Made by a program: the position numbers and the translations under genes | Assembly: GCA_046754465.1 (NCBI GenBank) | Contig: JBHHVU010000019.1 | Coordinates: 1 to 48,487, forward strand | Direction of reading: 5' to 3' | DNA: 48,487 bases | Origin: Nitrospinaceae bacterium | GTDB taxonomy: Bacteria > Nitrospinota > Nitrospinia > Nitrospinales > VA-1 | The notes under the pieces: model-generated | Told to the model about the DNA's origin: nothing | What the model saw: only the letters and a program-made list of their open reading frames with translations | Databases searched by the model: none | In this document: positions 39,462 to 48,487 of the stretch, piece by piece | Numbering within the stretch: position 1 is the first letter of the stretch | How the letters are laid out: every line of letters starts with the position of its first letter

Positions 39462-42400
39462 ATGAGCCCTTTACGCAACAGCAAGTCCGTGTTTCCAGAC
39501 CTCTTTCCGCTGGGGGATAGATCCAGCCCCAATCCCCAATCCATCCCGGTTCTGCATATAACGCATGGCAAAACCGCCCGGCGGGGTGCCCGGCGAGAAC
39601 GGAAACGCGTCTTTGGCATTCCCAAACGGCCTGACGATAAGCTGATTTTTCTCGTTTCGTTCATGGTTTATTTGTTGGGCATTTTCCCTTCGATACTCTT
39701 CGCCCTGCCCGTGGATGGAACCGTCCGGGGGGGGTCGGCCCGGATCAATCAACCTTCCTCGAAAAAACTGGTGATCCACCAGGGCACGGATAAGGCGATC
39801 ATCGACTGGAGGGGGTTCGGTATCCAAAGTGGCGAGCACGTCGAATTCCAGCTTCCTTCCGCCGGCGGTGTCACCCTGAACCGCGTCACCGGCGGGGAAC
39901 GGTCGGATATTCTGGGCCATCTCTCCTCCAACGGCAACTTCATGCTGGTCAATCCCAACGGCGTTTTTTTCGGGCCCGGTTCCCGGATCGACGTTCACGG
40001 ATTGATCGCCACCACCAGCGACATCGCCAATGAGGATTTCATGGCCGGACGCTACAACTTCAGTATTCCCTCTCCGGTTGGCGGACTCGTGGTCAACCGG
40101 GGCAGGATCACCGCCTCCCAGGGCGGACTCGTGGCCCTGGTGGCGCCCGGTGTGCAAAACGACGGCGTCATCCTGGCCCGGCTGGGCAGGGTCACTCTCG
40201 CCTCCGGAACCACATTCACGCTCGACCTGTATGGGGACCAACTGGTCAACCTCGGCATCGACGGCCGGGTAGCCCATGACCTGACCGGATTGGACGGTAA
40301 ACCCCTGTCCTCCCTGGTCAGCAACAGCGGGAGCATCTTCGCGGACGGCGGCAGGGTGCGGCTGGATGTCAACGCCGCACGGGATGTGGTGGATAACGTA
40401 ATCAACATGTCGGGGATCATCCAGGCGCGGACGGCTGTCGAACAAAACGGTTCTATCGTCCTCTTGGGCGGGGACGAGGGCCGGGTCCGCGTTTCCGGGA
40501 CCCTGGACGCTTCCGGAACCAACCCCGAGGAAACCGGCGGCACGGTGCACGTGTTCGGTGATCGGGTGGGACTGTTCGGCAATGCACGGATCAATATCTC
40601 CGGCGATTCAGGGGGCGGAATCTTCCGCTTCGGCGGCGGTTACCAGGGGAAAGGGCCCTTTCCTACCGCCGGCGAGGCCTACGTGGGAAGCGGCGTATCC
40701 ATCCTGGCCGACGCGATCTCTTACGGGGATGGCGGACGCACCATCATTTGGGCCGACCGGCGCACCCGGTTCTTCGGCAGGGTCCGAGCCCGGGGGGGCA
40801 GGCTGCGTGGAAACGGCGGGTTCGTGGAAGTTTCAGGAAAAGAGGAACTCTTCTTCGACGGCTTGGTGGATACCTCCGCCCCGAACGGGGTCACCGGAAC
40901 CCTTCTTCTCGACCCCGACGAGGTGATCATCGCCAACGGGTCGGGCAGCCCCTCCGCCAGCGGCGCCATCACTTTCACCACCTTCGAAAAAACCCTGGAA
41001 GCCTTGTCCGGAACCACCAACGTTCAACTCACCGCCAACAATTCCGTCCGGCTCAACAACCTGTCCGACAACGTCCTGAGTTTCAACATCAGCGGGTCCG
41101 TAACCTTCACCGCCATCAACGGCAGCATCATCTTCGACGATCCCAACGACAAAATTCAGACCAACGGGTCCATCAATTTCTCTGCCGGAGGCAGCCTGAA
41201 CCTGGGGTCCCTCGACTCCAACGACTCGTCCATCACCCTGAAAGGATCGGACCTGATCCTTGGAGGCACTATCAATAGCGGCGCGGCTAACACGTCGATC
41301 CTTTCCTCCAATGGAGGCACGATCGGTTTGGGGGCGACGGCGGGGACGATGACGATCAGCGGGGCGGAACTTCAGAACATCACGGCGGCCAACCTGACCC
41401 TCGGCAACGCCACCAACGGCGGCATCACGGTGGATAATATTTCCGCCGCCAACAGCGCCAACATCGCGGGCACGGTTACCCTGAACGCCACCGCCGCCAA
41501 CGCCTCGGTCACCTTCGCCAATGCCGCCTCCACCTTCAACGCGCTCACCGTCAACGCCGGCAACGGCATCGCGGTGAACCAATCGCTCACCGCCGATGCG
41601 GGCGGACTGACCCTGAATGGAAACTCGGACAATTCGGGAGGCGGGGCCATCTCGCTCGCGGCCGGATCGAACCTGACCGCCGCTACGGATCTCACCCTCA
41701 CCGCCGCCACCGGGGGAGTCGCCGCGGCGGGAAACACCACCTTCAGCGCCAACCGCATCACCCTCAACAACGCCATGACCGCGGCGGGAACCGCAAGCTT
41801 GAACGCCAATAACGGAATCACGCTCAATGCGGGGATCACCTCGTCCGGCAACCTTAGTCTCGATGGCGACGCCAACAACGCAGCCAACGGCGGCGACAAG
41901 ATCACCCTCGCAAGCGGCGTCACCCTGGCCTCGACGGGGGGCGGCCTCACCCTGGATGCCACGAACGGGGGCATCTCCGCCGCGGGAGCGGTCACGCTGA
42001 ACGCGGCGAACGGACTGACGGTGAATGACAGCTTCACCTCCTCGGGGTCCACCACCCTCAACGCGGATACCGATAACAACGGCAGCGGCGTCTTCACCCT
42101 GGCCGCCGGGAAATCCCTTTCCACCGGCAACAGCGCCCTCTCCCTGACCGCCGCCGACGCGGCTCTCAACGGCACGATCAACAGCGGCGCGGCTAACACG
42201 TCGATCCTTTCCTCCAATGGAGGCACGATCGGTTTGGGGGCGACGGCGGGGACGATGACGATCAGCGGGGCGGAACTTCAGAACATCACGGCGGCCAACC
42301 TGACCCTCGGCAACGCCACCAACGGCGGCATCACGGTGGATAATATTTCCGCCGCCAACAGCGCCAACATCGCGGGCACGGTTACCCTGAACGCCACCGC

Positions 42401-44174
42401 CGCCAACGCCTCGGTCACCTTCGCCAATGCCGCCTCCACCTTCAACGCGCTCACCGTCAACGCCGGCAAGGGGGTAACCGTATCCGGGAATCTGACCACG
42501 CAGGGCGCGGCCACGTTCAACACCGACAGCGACGGGAACGGTGCGGGCAGTCTCACCGTGGACGCGGGGAAAAGTCTTGCCACGGGCAACAACCCATTGT
42601 CGATCACCACGGCGGATTTGACATTGAACGGAACGCTCAACAGCGGCACCGGGAGCACGACCCTGGAAATTTCAAAGGACGGCGGCACCATCGGCCTGGG
42701 GAATGGCGTCACTTGCGGCGGCGCGTGCGGCCTGACCCTGACGCAGACGGAACTCGGGAGGATCAGCGCCGGGAGCCTGGTCCTCGGCGGAGCCACCAAC
42801 GGCGGAATCACCGTCGACGGGCTGACGGCCGCGGTGCCGGTAACGTTGAAGTCCACGCGCGCGGGGAGTTCAATCGTTTTCACCAACACCGCCTCCTCCT
42901 TCGGCGGGCTCGCTCTTGAAGCGGGAACCGGCGGCACCGCCTTCAACGCGGGGGTCGCTCTCACGGGGAACCTGTCTGTCCTGTCGGGAGGTTCCATTAC
43001 CGGCAGCGCGGCGCTTACTGTAGGGGGAACATCCAGTTTCACCACGCAAACCGCGAACCGTACAATCACCCTGAACACCCCGGCCAATTCCTTCACCGGA
43101 GCCGTGAGCCTGACCACCTCCGGAGCGGCGGGTAACGCCACCTTGTCCGCCAACAATGCACTGACCCTGGGAACCTCGACGCTGGGCGGATCGCTCAATA
43201 TCTCGGTCGCCGGGGGAAATTCGCTGATCGTGAACGGCGTTCAAACTGCCGGAGGGGCCATCACCCTGTTGGCGGCGAAAGACATTACCCTGACAGGAAG
43301 ACTGGTGACGGCGAGCCCATCAGCCGCGGCGGTCACCCTCACTTCCACCGGGGGCGGTGTCTTCGACGGGGATGCCACCGGCGCGCTGGATATCGACGCG
43401 GCCAATGGCGGACTGACCGTCGACAGCGTGACCGGATTCGGAACCGATTCCAACCCCATCGAAACCCGGGTCACCTCGGTGGATATCGACAACACCACCT
43501 CCGGGGACGTCAATATTTTCGAGTCGGACAGTTTGAGTATCACCAAAATCAATCACGCGGGGAAGGGGAACGTCAAGGTGTCCTATTCGGGAACTTTGAC
43601 AGGTACGGCCAACGTTACCGCCGCCAATGGCACCCAGACTTTCATCCGGCGCAATTCCAGGGACCAGATCATTGGGAATACAGGAAAAACTCTCCGAGAA
43701 CTTTCCACCCAAAAGACAGTCAACCTCGCAAGGGATGTTGAATCGGCTTACGCCCCGGGAGGTGTCCAACCGGGTTCCGACGGCAAAACCGTCGCGCAGA
43801 AATTATCGGGACCCGATTTTGGTCCGTTCATCGCGGATATTTTCGATGAGAATTTCGAACTGCTGGAAGTGGCCAGAGGGTCCGGCGGAACTTATAAAGG
43901 GTTGAAAGGATTTTCCAATTTTTGGGGTCCTTTGGGAATCAATCGCACCGAGGTGGCGAAGCGGAAGGGTAGGAAGAAGGTTGAGGAAGAGGCTAAAATC
44001 AAAAAACGTTCTATCAAGAAAAAAAGGAAATCCGCCCGCGCCCGATCTAAACTTCAGCGGAAACACGCCCGGGCCAAAAGTCTTGGCCGCACCGCGGCGC
44101 TTCCCCAGAAACGGTCCAAAAAACCCAAGAGCAGTTTCCTCTTGAACTGGAATCCCCTGAACCTCTTCAAGTAG
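39462..44174 (+). CDS. TpsA filamentous-haemagglutinin-family exoprotein
   Basis: AAGGA SD; cleavage-like ILFA/LPVDG; TPS domain IDW..F, LNRVTG, LVNPNGVFFG; GGFVEVSG..GTLLLDP; G/A/T/N-rich beta-helix repeats. Confidence 0.95.
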   Translation: MSPLRNSKSVFPDLFPLGDRSSPNPQSIPVLHITHGKTARRGARRERKRVFGIPKRPDDKLIFLVSFMVYLLGIFPSILFALPVDGTVRGGSARINQPSSKKLVIHQGTDKAIIDWRGFGIQSGEHVEFQLPSAGGVTLNRVTGGERSDILGHLSSNGNFMLVNPNGVFFGPGSRIDVHGLIATTSDIANEDFMAGRYNFSIPSPVGGLVVNRGRITASQGGLVALVAPGVQNDGVILARLGRVTLASGTTFTLDLYGDQLVNLGIDGRVAHDLTGLDGKPLSSLVSNSGSIFADGGRVRLDVNAARDVVDNVINMSGIIQARTAVEQNGSIVLLGGDEGRVRVSGTLDASGTNPEETGGTVHVFGDRVGLFGNARINISGDSGGGIFRFGGGYQGKGPFPTAGEAYVGSGVSILADAISYGDGGRTIIWADRRTRFFGRVRARGGRLRGNGGFVEVSGKEELFFDGLVDTSAPNGVTGTLLLDPDEVIIANGSGSPSASGAITFTTFEKTLEALSGTTNVQLTANNSVRLNNLSDNVLSFNISGSVTFTAINGSIIFDDPNDKIQTNGSINFSAGGSLNLGSLDSNDSSITLKGSDLILGGTINSGAANTSILSSNGGTIGLGATAGTMTISGAELQNITAANLTLGNATNGGITVDNISAANSANIAGTVTLNATAANASVTFANAASTFNALTVNAGNGIAVNQSLTADAGGLTLNGNSDNSGGGAISLAAGSNLTAATDLTLTAATGGVAAAGNTTFSANRITLNNAMTAAGTASLNANNGITLNAGITSSGNLSLDGDANNAANGGDKITLASGVTLASTGGGLTLDATNGGISAAGAVTLNAANGLTVNDSFTSSGSTTLNADTDNNGSGVFTLAAGKSLSTGNSALSLTAADAALNGTINSGAANTSILSSNGGTIGLGATAGTMTISGAELQNITAANLTLGNATNGGITVDNISAANSANIAGTVTLNATAANASVTFANAASTFNALTVNAGKGVTVSGNLTTQGAATFNTDSDGNGAGSLTVDAGKSLATGNNPLSITTADLTLNGTLNSGTGSTTLEISKDGGTIGLGNGVTCGGACGLTLTQTELGRISAGSLVLGGATNGGITVDGLTAAVPVTLKSTRAGSSIVFTNTASSFGGLALEAGTGGTAFNAGVALTGNLSVLSGGSITGSAALTVGGTSSFTTQTANRTITLNTPANSFTGAVSLTTSGAAGNATLSANNALTLGTSTLGGSLNISVAGGNSLIVNGVQTAGGAITLLAAKDITLTGRLVTASPSAAAVTLTSTGGGVFDGDATGALDIDAANGGLTVDSVTGFGTDSNPIETRVTSVDIDNTTSGDVNIFESDSLSITKINHAGKGNVKVSYSGTLTGTANVTAANGTQTFIRRNSRDQIIGNTGKTLRELSTQKTVNLARDVESAYAPGGVQPGSDGKTVAQKLSGPDFGPFIADIFDENFELLEVARGSGGTYKGLKGFSNFWGPLGINRTEVAKRKGRKKVEEEAKIKKRSIKKKRKSARARSKLQRKHARAKSLGRTAALPQKRSKKPKSSFLLNWNPLNLFK
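39500..39595 (-). repeat. Dispersed ~100-bp repeat, copy 7 (degenerate, inside the 5' end of the tpsA ORF)
   Basis: Minus strand TGCCATGCGTTATATGCAGAACC followed at the family spacing by GATCTATCCCCC. Confidence 0.8.
41277..42469 (+). repeat. Exact 287-bp intragenic direct repeat in tpsA (41277-41563 = 42183-42469)
   Basis: Identical base for base by eye; offset 906 bp, in frame. Confidence 0.95.
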
Positions 44175-44273
44175 CCCCCCCCGGGGAGAGGGGATAGGTC
44201 GAGGCATCATCGCCAGTCAAGCTTTGTCCAGCATATAACGTATGACAATACCACCAGCGGCGGTTCGCCGCCG
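44175..44273 (-). repeat. Dispersed ~100-bp repeat, copy 8
   Basis: Minus strand: GCGGCG-AAC-CGCCGC, TGTCATACGTTATATGCTGGACA, TGGCGATGATGC, GACCTATCCCCTCTCCCCGGGGGGGG; fills nearly the whole gap between convergent genes. Confidence 0.9.
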
Positions 44274-44278
44274 GAGGT

Positions 44279-45172
44279 TTAGATAGGACCCATCTCCCTC
44301 GCCTCGGAGTGGGGCCGCCAACCTGTTTTTTTCGCGTATTCGAAATTCAGCTGATACTCCCTGTCGATCAAAGGGATCTTTTCCGTGCGGGGGTAGTCCC
44401 TCACTTCCTCGTAAAGCCATTTGAAGGTGTCGTCGCTTTGCAGCCTTGACTGAATTTCCAGAAATGCGGTTTTAACCGGGTCCCGGCGCAACAAGGCCAG
44501 GGTGGTCTCACCCAGGCCGAACTGGTCCGCCGCTTTTTGGAAGGCCGTTGGCGGTTCCTCACCATCCGCCAGCCAGTTTTTGATCGCGTCCTCGATTTTG
44601 CGGTTTCGTCCCATGTGGGGGGCGTGCGGAAAATCGGGTTTGGAAAGAACCATGAAATCCAGTTGGGGCCAGTAGTTGTTGATGAAATCATCGAAACTCA
44701 CCGGGATGCCATTGCTGAGGTGGATGTCCCGCGCCCGTTCCGAGGATTGTTGCAGGAGGGTATTATAAACCTGCACGATGTTGTGGGCACAATCGTAAAG
44801 CACGGCAAGATGAAAGGAATTTGGGGTTTCCTCGGTGCGGAAGGAATCCATTGCCCGGACCAGGACCACCAGGGCGAAATGCATTTCTTCCATTTTGAGG
44901 AAGGCGGCGGTCCAGGGAAACCGGGAACCATACCATTGGGTGATGTCGGCGGGGTAGTCCGTCCGGGAAGAATTTGGCGGGGGCTGATAATCGTTGTCGA
45001 CGTACAACAGAATATCGTCCAGTTCCTTGTAGGCGAGGTCCAGTCCCGCCCGTACCACGGTATAGGGGAACAGACTCCGTTGGTAATCCATGTAAGCTCT
45101 CAAGCCGGGGTCACGGTCTTCCCGGGAATGCTGGTAATTTCTTTGGGTGATGTCTTTGGCGAAAATCAGCAA
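44279..45172 (-). CDS. Hypothetical protein
   Basis: 297-aa ORF, TTG start, natural composition; no motif recognised. Confidence 0.75.
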   Translation of the reverse strand: MLIFAKDITQRNYQHSREDRDPGLRAYMDYQRSLFPYTVVRAGLDLAYKELDDILLYVDNDYQPPPNSSRTDYPADITQWYGSRFPWTAAFLKMEEMHFALVVLVRAMDSFRTEETPNSFHLAVLYDCAHNIVQVYNTLLQQSSERARDIHLSNGIPVSFDDFINNYWPQLDFMVLSKPDFPHAPHMGRNRKIEDAIKNWLADGEEPPTAFQKAADQFGLGETTLALLRRDPVKTAFLEIQSRLQSDDTFKWLYEEVRDYPRTEKIPLIDREYQLNFEYAKKTGWRPHSEAREMGPI

Positions 45173-45193
45173 GGGGTCGTGGTTTCGAAGGAT

Positions 45194-45646
45194 TCAGGGT
45201 AAGGGAGCCCCCGGCGGGAAATGCCGGGAAATCATTTTCAGGATGTTCCTTTTTTCCTCGTCGGATAAATTTTCAGCCTGTTTACGGAGATCCGCGATTT
45301 GATCGGGCGTCAGGCTGGCCATGCACCGTTGGACCGCCTCCCGCAGGTCGCCCTTCTGGACAGCCTCATTCAGCCAGGATAAATCCAGGGTTCCCAGGGA
45401 GGGTTCCGGAGAATTTTCCTTGGGAAGGCCGGACTTTTCCGGTGACCGGAACTCGATATGGTTGCCCTGGATCTTACCAAAAATATTTTCCCCCGCCAGA
45501 TTTTTCAGCGCCGCAGCGAGGGACGTGCCGTGTTTTTTACAGCTATCGTACACCGGACGGAACGGCAGCCGGACGACTTTTTCGGGAAACCCGTTTTTCC
45601 GAATGGAGTGCTTGATGCTTTCTTCAACCTCGGTGGAACGGGGCAT
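45194..45646 (-). CDS. Hypothetical protein
   Basis: 150-aa ORF, co-oriented with and 21 bp from the next gene. Confidence 0.7.
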   Translation of the reverse strand: MPRSTEVEESIKHSIRKNGFPEKVVRLPFRPVYDSCKKHGTSLAAALKNLAGENIFGKIQGNHIEFRSPEKSGLPKENSPEPSLGTLDLSWLNEAVQKGDLREAVQRCMASLTPDQIADLRKQAENLSDEEKRNILKMISRHFPPGAPLP

Positions 45647-45801
45647 AATATTTCAATAGGGGGGGAATTATGAAAAATCCAATCTAACCAATTGTAGTAT
45701 AATCTCCCCAGCGGTCCCACAAAAATTATTGCGGGGCCGGGATTTAAAATGAGACTTCCACCATCCCCATGGAATAGAGACACGGATCCGGATACCTGGC
45801 A

Positions 45802-47604
45802 TTGAAGCGAAAAAAGAACAGCCCATACGATCCCGCGAACAAAATTTCCGGAACCCCCTCTCGCCGGACAAGGCCGGGCCCATCGAAATCTCTGCGTATC
45901 GCCATCGCGCAGATCAACACCATCGTGGGCGATTTCAAATACAACGCCCGGAGAATCCAGAGCTGCCTCCGAACTGCCAAAAAATACGGAACCGATGTGC
46001 TTTTGTTTCCGGAGCTTACCATCACGGGGTATCCCCCGGAAGACCTGCTGCTCAAGGAAAGGTTTATCCAGAAAAATGTGGAAACCGTGAACCAGGTGGT
46101 CCCTCACACGGCAGGCATTACGGCGGTCATCGGTTACGCCGAACCCACATCGAAGGGACTTTATAACTCCGCCGCCCTGGTTTCCAATGGCAAATGGATT
46201 GGCAGTTACCGCAAAATGCTGCTTCCCAATTACGGGGTGTTCGACGAAAAGAGGTATTTCAAGGAAGGAACGGTTCCCGTGCGCTTCACCCAAAACGGGG
46301 TGACGCTGGGGATGACGGTGTGCGAGGACATCTGGGACGCGGAAGGACCCGGCAAGGCTCTTTGCCTTCAGGGAAACGTGGACGTCCTGCTCAACATATC
46401 CTCCTCCCCCTATTTCAAGGGGAAGGGGGAGTCCCGGAAAATCATGATCCAGAACCGGGCCCGGCATTACCAATCCTACATCGTGTACGCGAACCTGGTC
46501 GGGGGTCAGGACGAATTGGTCTTCGACGGCCAGAGCCTGGTGGTCGCCCCCGACGGATCCTTGATTCGCCGGGGAAACGCCTTTGCTGAGGAGTTGATCT
46601 TCGTGGACCTTGAGGTCTCTCCCAAGTCCCGGACCGGCCCAAGCGGGAAACGCCGGGCCGGCGGCATAAAGTCCTACCACGCCAAAACCGCGCCGCTCCC
46701 GGCGGGGCCGGGGAAAAAACAAAAACCCCTTCCCCGGCATGAAGTCCGCCGCCTGGGAGAGGTGGAGGAAATTTACCGGGCCCTGGAGCTCGGCACCCGG
46801 GATTATATCCTCAAAAACGGGTTCAAGACCGTGGTGATCGGATTGAGCGGCGGGGTGGACTCGTCGCTAACCGCCGCCATCGCCCGGGACGCCCTGGGGC
46901 CGGAAAACGTGGTGGGGGTTTTGATGCCTTCTCCCTATACGTCCAGGGAAAGCATGGCCGATTCGCACACCCTCGCCGCGAATCTGGGAATCCAAACCTT
47001 CACGCTTCCCATTGAATCCGCCATGAAGGCCTATGAATCGATTTTGTCGGAGGTTTTCGAGGGCACCGCCCCAGACGTTACCGAAGAGAATCTGCAGGCG
47101 CGGATTCGCGGGAACCTGCTGATGGCCCTCTCAAACAAGTTCGGCTGGCTGGTCCTGACCACGGGCAACAAGAGTGAACTCAGCGTGGGGTATTGCACCC
47201 TTTACGGCGACATGGCCGGAGGATTCGCGGTCATCAAAGACGTGCCGAAGACCTGGGTGTACGATCTGGCCCGGTGGGTCAACCAACGAGAGGGATGCCC
47301 CATGATTCCAGAAAACATCCTCACCCGGGAACCCTCGGCGGAACTCCGACCGGATCAAAGGGATACGGACTCCCTGCCCCCCTATTCGCGCCTGGACGCG
47401 GTTCTCACGCGGTACATTGAAGATGACTGCTCGCTGGAAGAGTTGTGGGGACTGGGCCTTCCCCGCCGGGAAATCCGCCGGGTGGCCCGCATGGTGGATA
47501 CGAATGAATACAAGCGGCGGCAGGGACCGCCCGGGATCAAGATCACCCCCAAGGCGTTTGGCAAGGACCGCCGGCTTCCCATCACCAACCACTATAAGGG
47601 CTGA
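45802..47604 (+). CDS. nadE: Glutamine-dependent NAD+ synthetase
   Basis: Nitrilase domain FPEL.ITGYPPEDL, LPNYGVFDEKRYF, VCEDIW; synthetase domain GLSGGVDS, ENLQARIRG, TGNKSE, PSAELRPDQ.D. Confidence 0.97.
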   Translation: MKRKKNSPYDPANKISGTPSRRTRPGPSKSLRIAIAQINTIVGDFKYNARRIQSCLRTAKKYGTDVLLFPELTITGYPPEDLLLKERFIQKNVETVNQVVPHTAGITAVIGYAEPTSKGLYNSAALVSNGKWIGSYRKMLLPNYGVFDEKRYFKEGTVPVRFTQNGVTLGMTVCEDIWDAEGPGKALCLQGNVDVLLNISSSPYFKGKGESRKIMIQNRARHYQSYIVYANLVGGQDELVFDGQSLVVAPDGSLIRRGNAFAEELIFVDLEVSPKSRTGPSGKRRAGGIKSYHAKTAPLPAGPGKKQKPLPRHEVRRLGEVEEIYRALELGTRDYILKNGFKTVVIGLSGGVDSSLTAAIARDALGPENVVGVLMPSPYTSRESMADSHTLAANLGIQTFTLPIESAMKAYESILSEVFEGTAPDVTEENLQARIRGNLLMALSNKFGWLVLTTGNKSELSVGYCTLYGDMAGGFAVIKDVPKTWVYDLARWVNQREGCPMIPENILTREPSAELRPDQRDTDSLPPYSRLDAVLTRYIEDDCSLEELWGLGLPRREIRRVARMVDTNEYKRRQGPPGIKITPKAFGKDRRLPITNHYKG

Positions 47605-47699
47605 AAGAACGGGATTTTCCAAGGTGGATCTGTGATAAAATGGACCCGCGATTCCACCTGAAAGAAAAAATCTCACTCAACAATTGCGGGAGGTCTGTT

Positions 47700-48377
47700 A
47701 TGAAAAAGAAGATCGGTGTGGTCCTCTCCGGGTGCGGGGTTTATGACGGTTCCGAAATTCATGAAGCGGTCATCACCCTTCTGGCTATCGACCGGGCCGG
47801 GGCGGACGCTGTCTGCATGGCGCCCAACGTGGACCAGATGCACGTCATCAACCACATGACTGGAGAGGAAATGAAAGAGGAAAAACGGAACGTGCTGGTG
47901 GAGTCGGCCCGCATCGCCCGGGGAAACATCAAGGACATCGCCACGGTCAACGCCGTCGACATCGACGCGTTATTCTTTCCCGGCGGGTTCGGGGCCGCGA
48001 AAAACCTGTCTGACTTCGCCGTGAAAGGGGAAAACTGCTCGGTGCATCCGGAAGTCGTCCGCCTGGTCCGGGAATTCGCCGCGGCGCATAAACCGCAGGG
48101 GGTGGCCTGTATCGCGCCCGCCATGATGGCTAAAATTTACGAAGGAGAAACCGCGCATCCCACGCTCACCGTCGGGAACGATGAGGATAACAGCCAGAAA
48201 ATCGAGATCATGGGTAGCCGGCACCAGGCTTGCGGGGTCCGGGAAATCGTTTTGGATCAGGAAAACAAGATCGTTTCCACTCCGGCCTACATGCTGGGTA
48301 AAAACATCTCGGAAGTGGCCGAAGGAATAGAAAAATCCGTCCAGAAACTGGTCCAAATGATCTCCTCCAGTGAGTAG
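47700..48377 (+). CDS. elbB: ElbB/ES1-family glyoxalase (DJ-1/PfpI superfamily)
   Basis: VLSGCGVYDGSEIHEAV, RNVLVESARIARG, PGGFGAAKNLSDFA, CIAP, VSTPAYML; GGAGG SD. Confidence 0.95.
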   Translation: MKKKIGVVLSGCGVYDGSEIHEAVITLLAIDRAGADAVCMAPNVDQMHVINHMTGEEMKEEKRNVLVESARIARGNIKDIATVNAVDIDALFFPGGFGAAKNLSDFAVKGENCSVHPEVVRLVREFAAAHKPQGVACIAPAMMAKIYEGETAHPTLTVGNDEDNSQKIEIMGSRHQACGVREIVLDQENKIVSTPAYMLGKNISEVAEGIEKSVQKLVQMISSSE

Positions 48378-48388
48378 AGCCCGGGGCG

Positions 48389-48487
48389 GGCGGAGTGCCT
48401 CCGCAGGCAACTTGTCATACGTTATATAGCGGACTAATATCGATGGGCGATTGAGACAGGACCCATTTCCCACCGGGCGTGGCCCGG
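48389..48487 (+). repeat. Dispersed ~100-bp repeat, copy 9 (reaches the window end)
   Basis: GCGGAG-TGC-CTCCGC, TGTCATACGTTATATAGCGGACT, GACCCATTTCCCACCGGGCGTGGCCCGG. Confidence 0.9.

Noticed and set aside
39462..45172. CdiA/CdiI contact-dependent inhibition locus
   Set aside because: No pre-toxin motif, and the downstream gene is convergent rather than a small co-transcribed immunity gene

Overview
Bacterial chromosomal window, mostly GC-rich with a visibly AT-rich block at ~13.2-19 kb. The gene mix suggests a Nitrospina-like organism, but this is unverified. Contents: a hutG-hutU-hutI histidine utilisation operon (hutI cut by the window edge), a DHH phosphoesterase, a Wzx flippase, OppA, three cytoplasmic leucine-rich-repeat proteins, two TPR proteins, two surface-glycan modification clusters rich in radical-SAM and methyltransferase genes, a stand-alone HydB/NuoF-like flavoprotein, smc, a two-partner secretion pair (TpsB/TpsA), nadE and elbB. 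I found no rRNA, tRNA, CRISPR array, integrase or transposase. The main unexplained feature is a dispersed, modular ~100-bp repeat with 9 full copies plus fragments. Each copy has a covarying 5' hairpin, a core TG(A/T)CAT(G/A)CGTTATATGC, fixed internal spacing and a C/G-rich tail. Copies occur singly, in tandem, as an inverted pair, and once apparently in-frame inside tpsA. Also notable are tandem NrdR-like boxes over the smc promoter, a sigma-54 promoter before the TPS operon, and an E-to-S change in the HydB-like protein that may indicate NADP(H) use.
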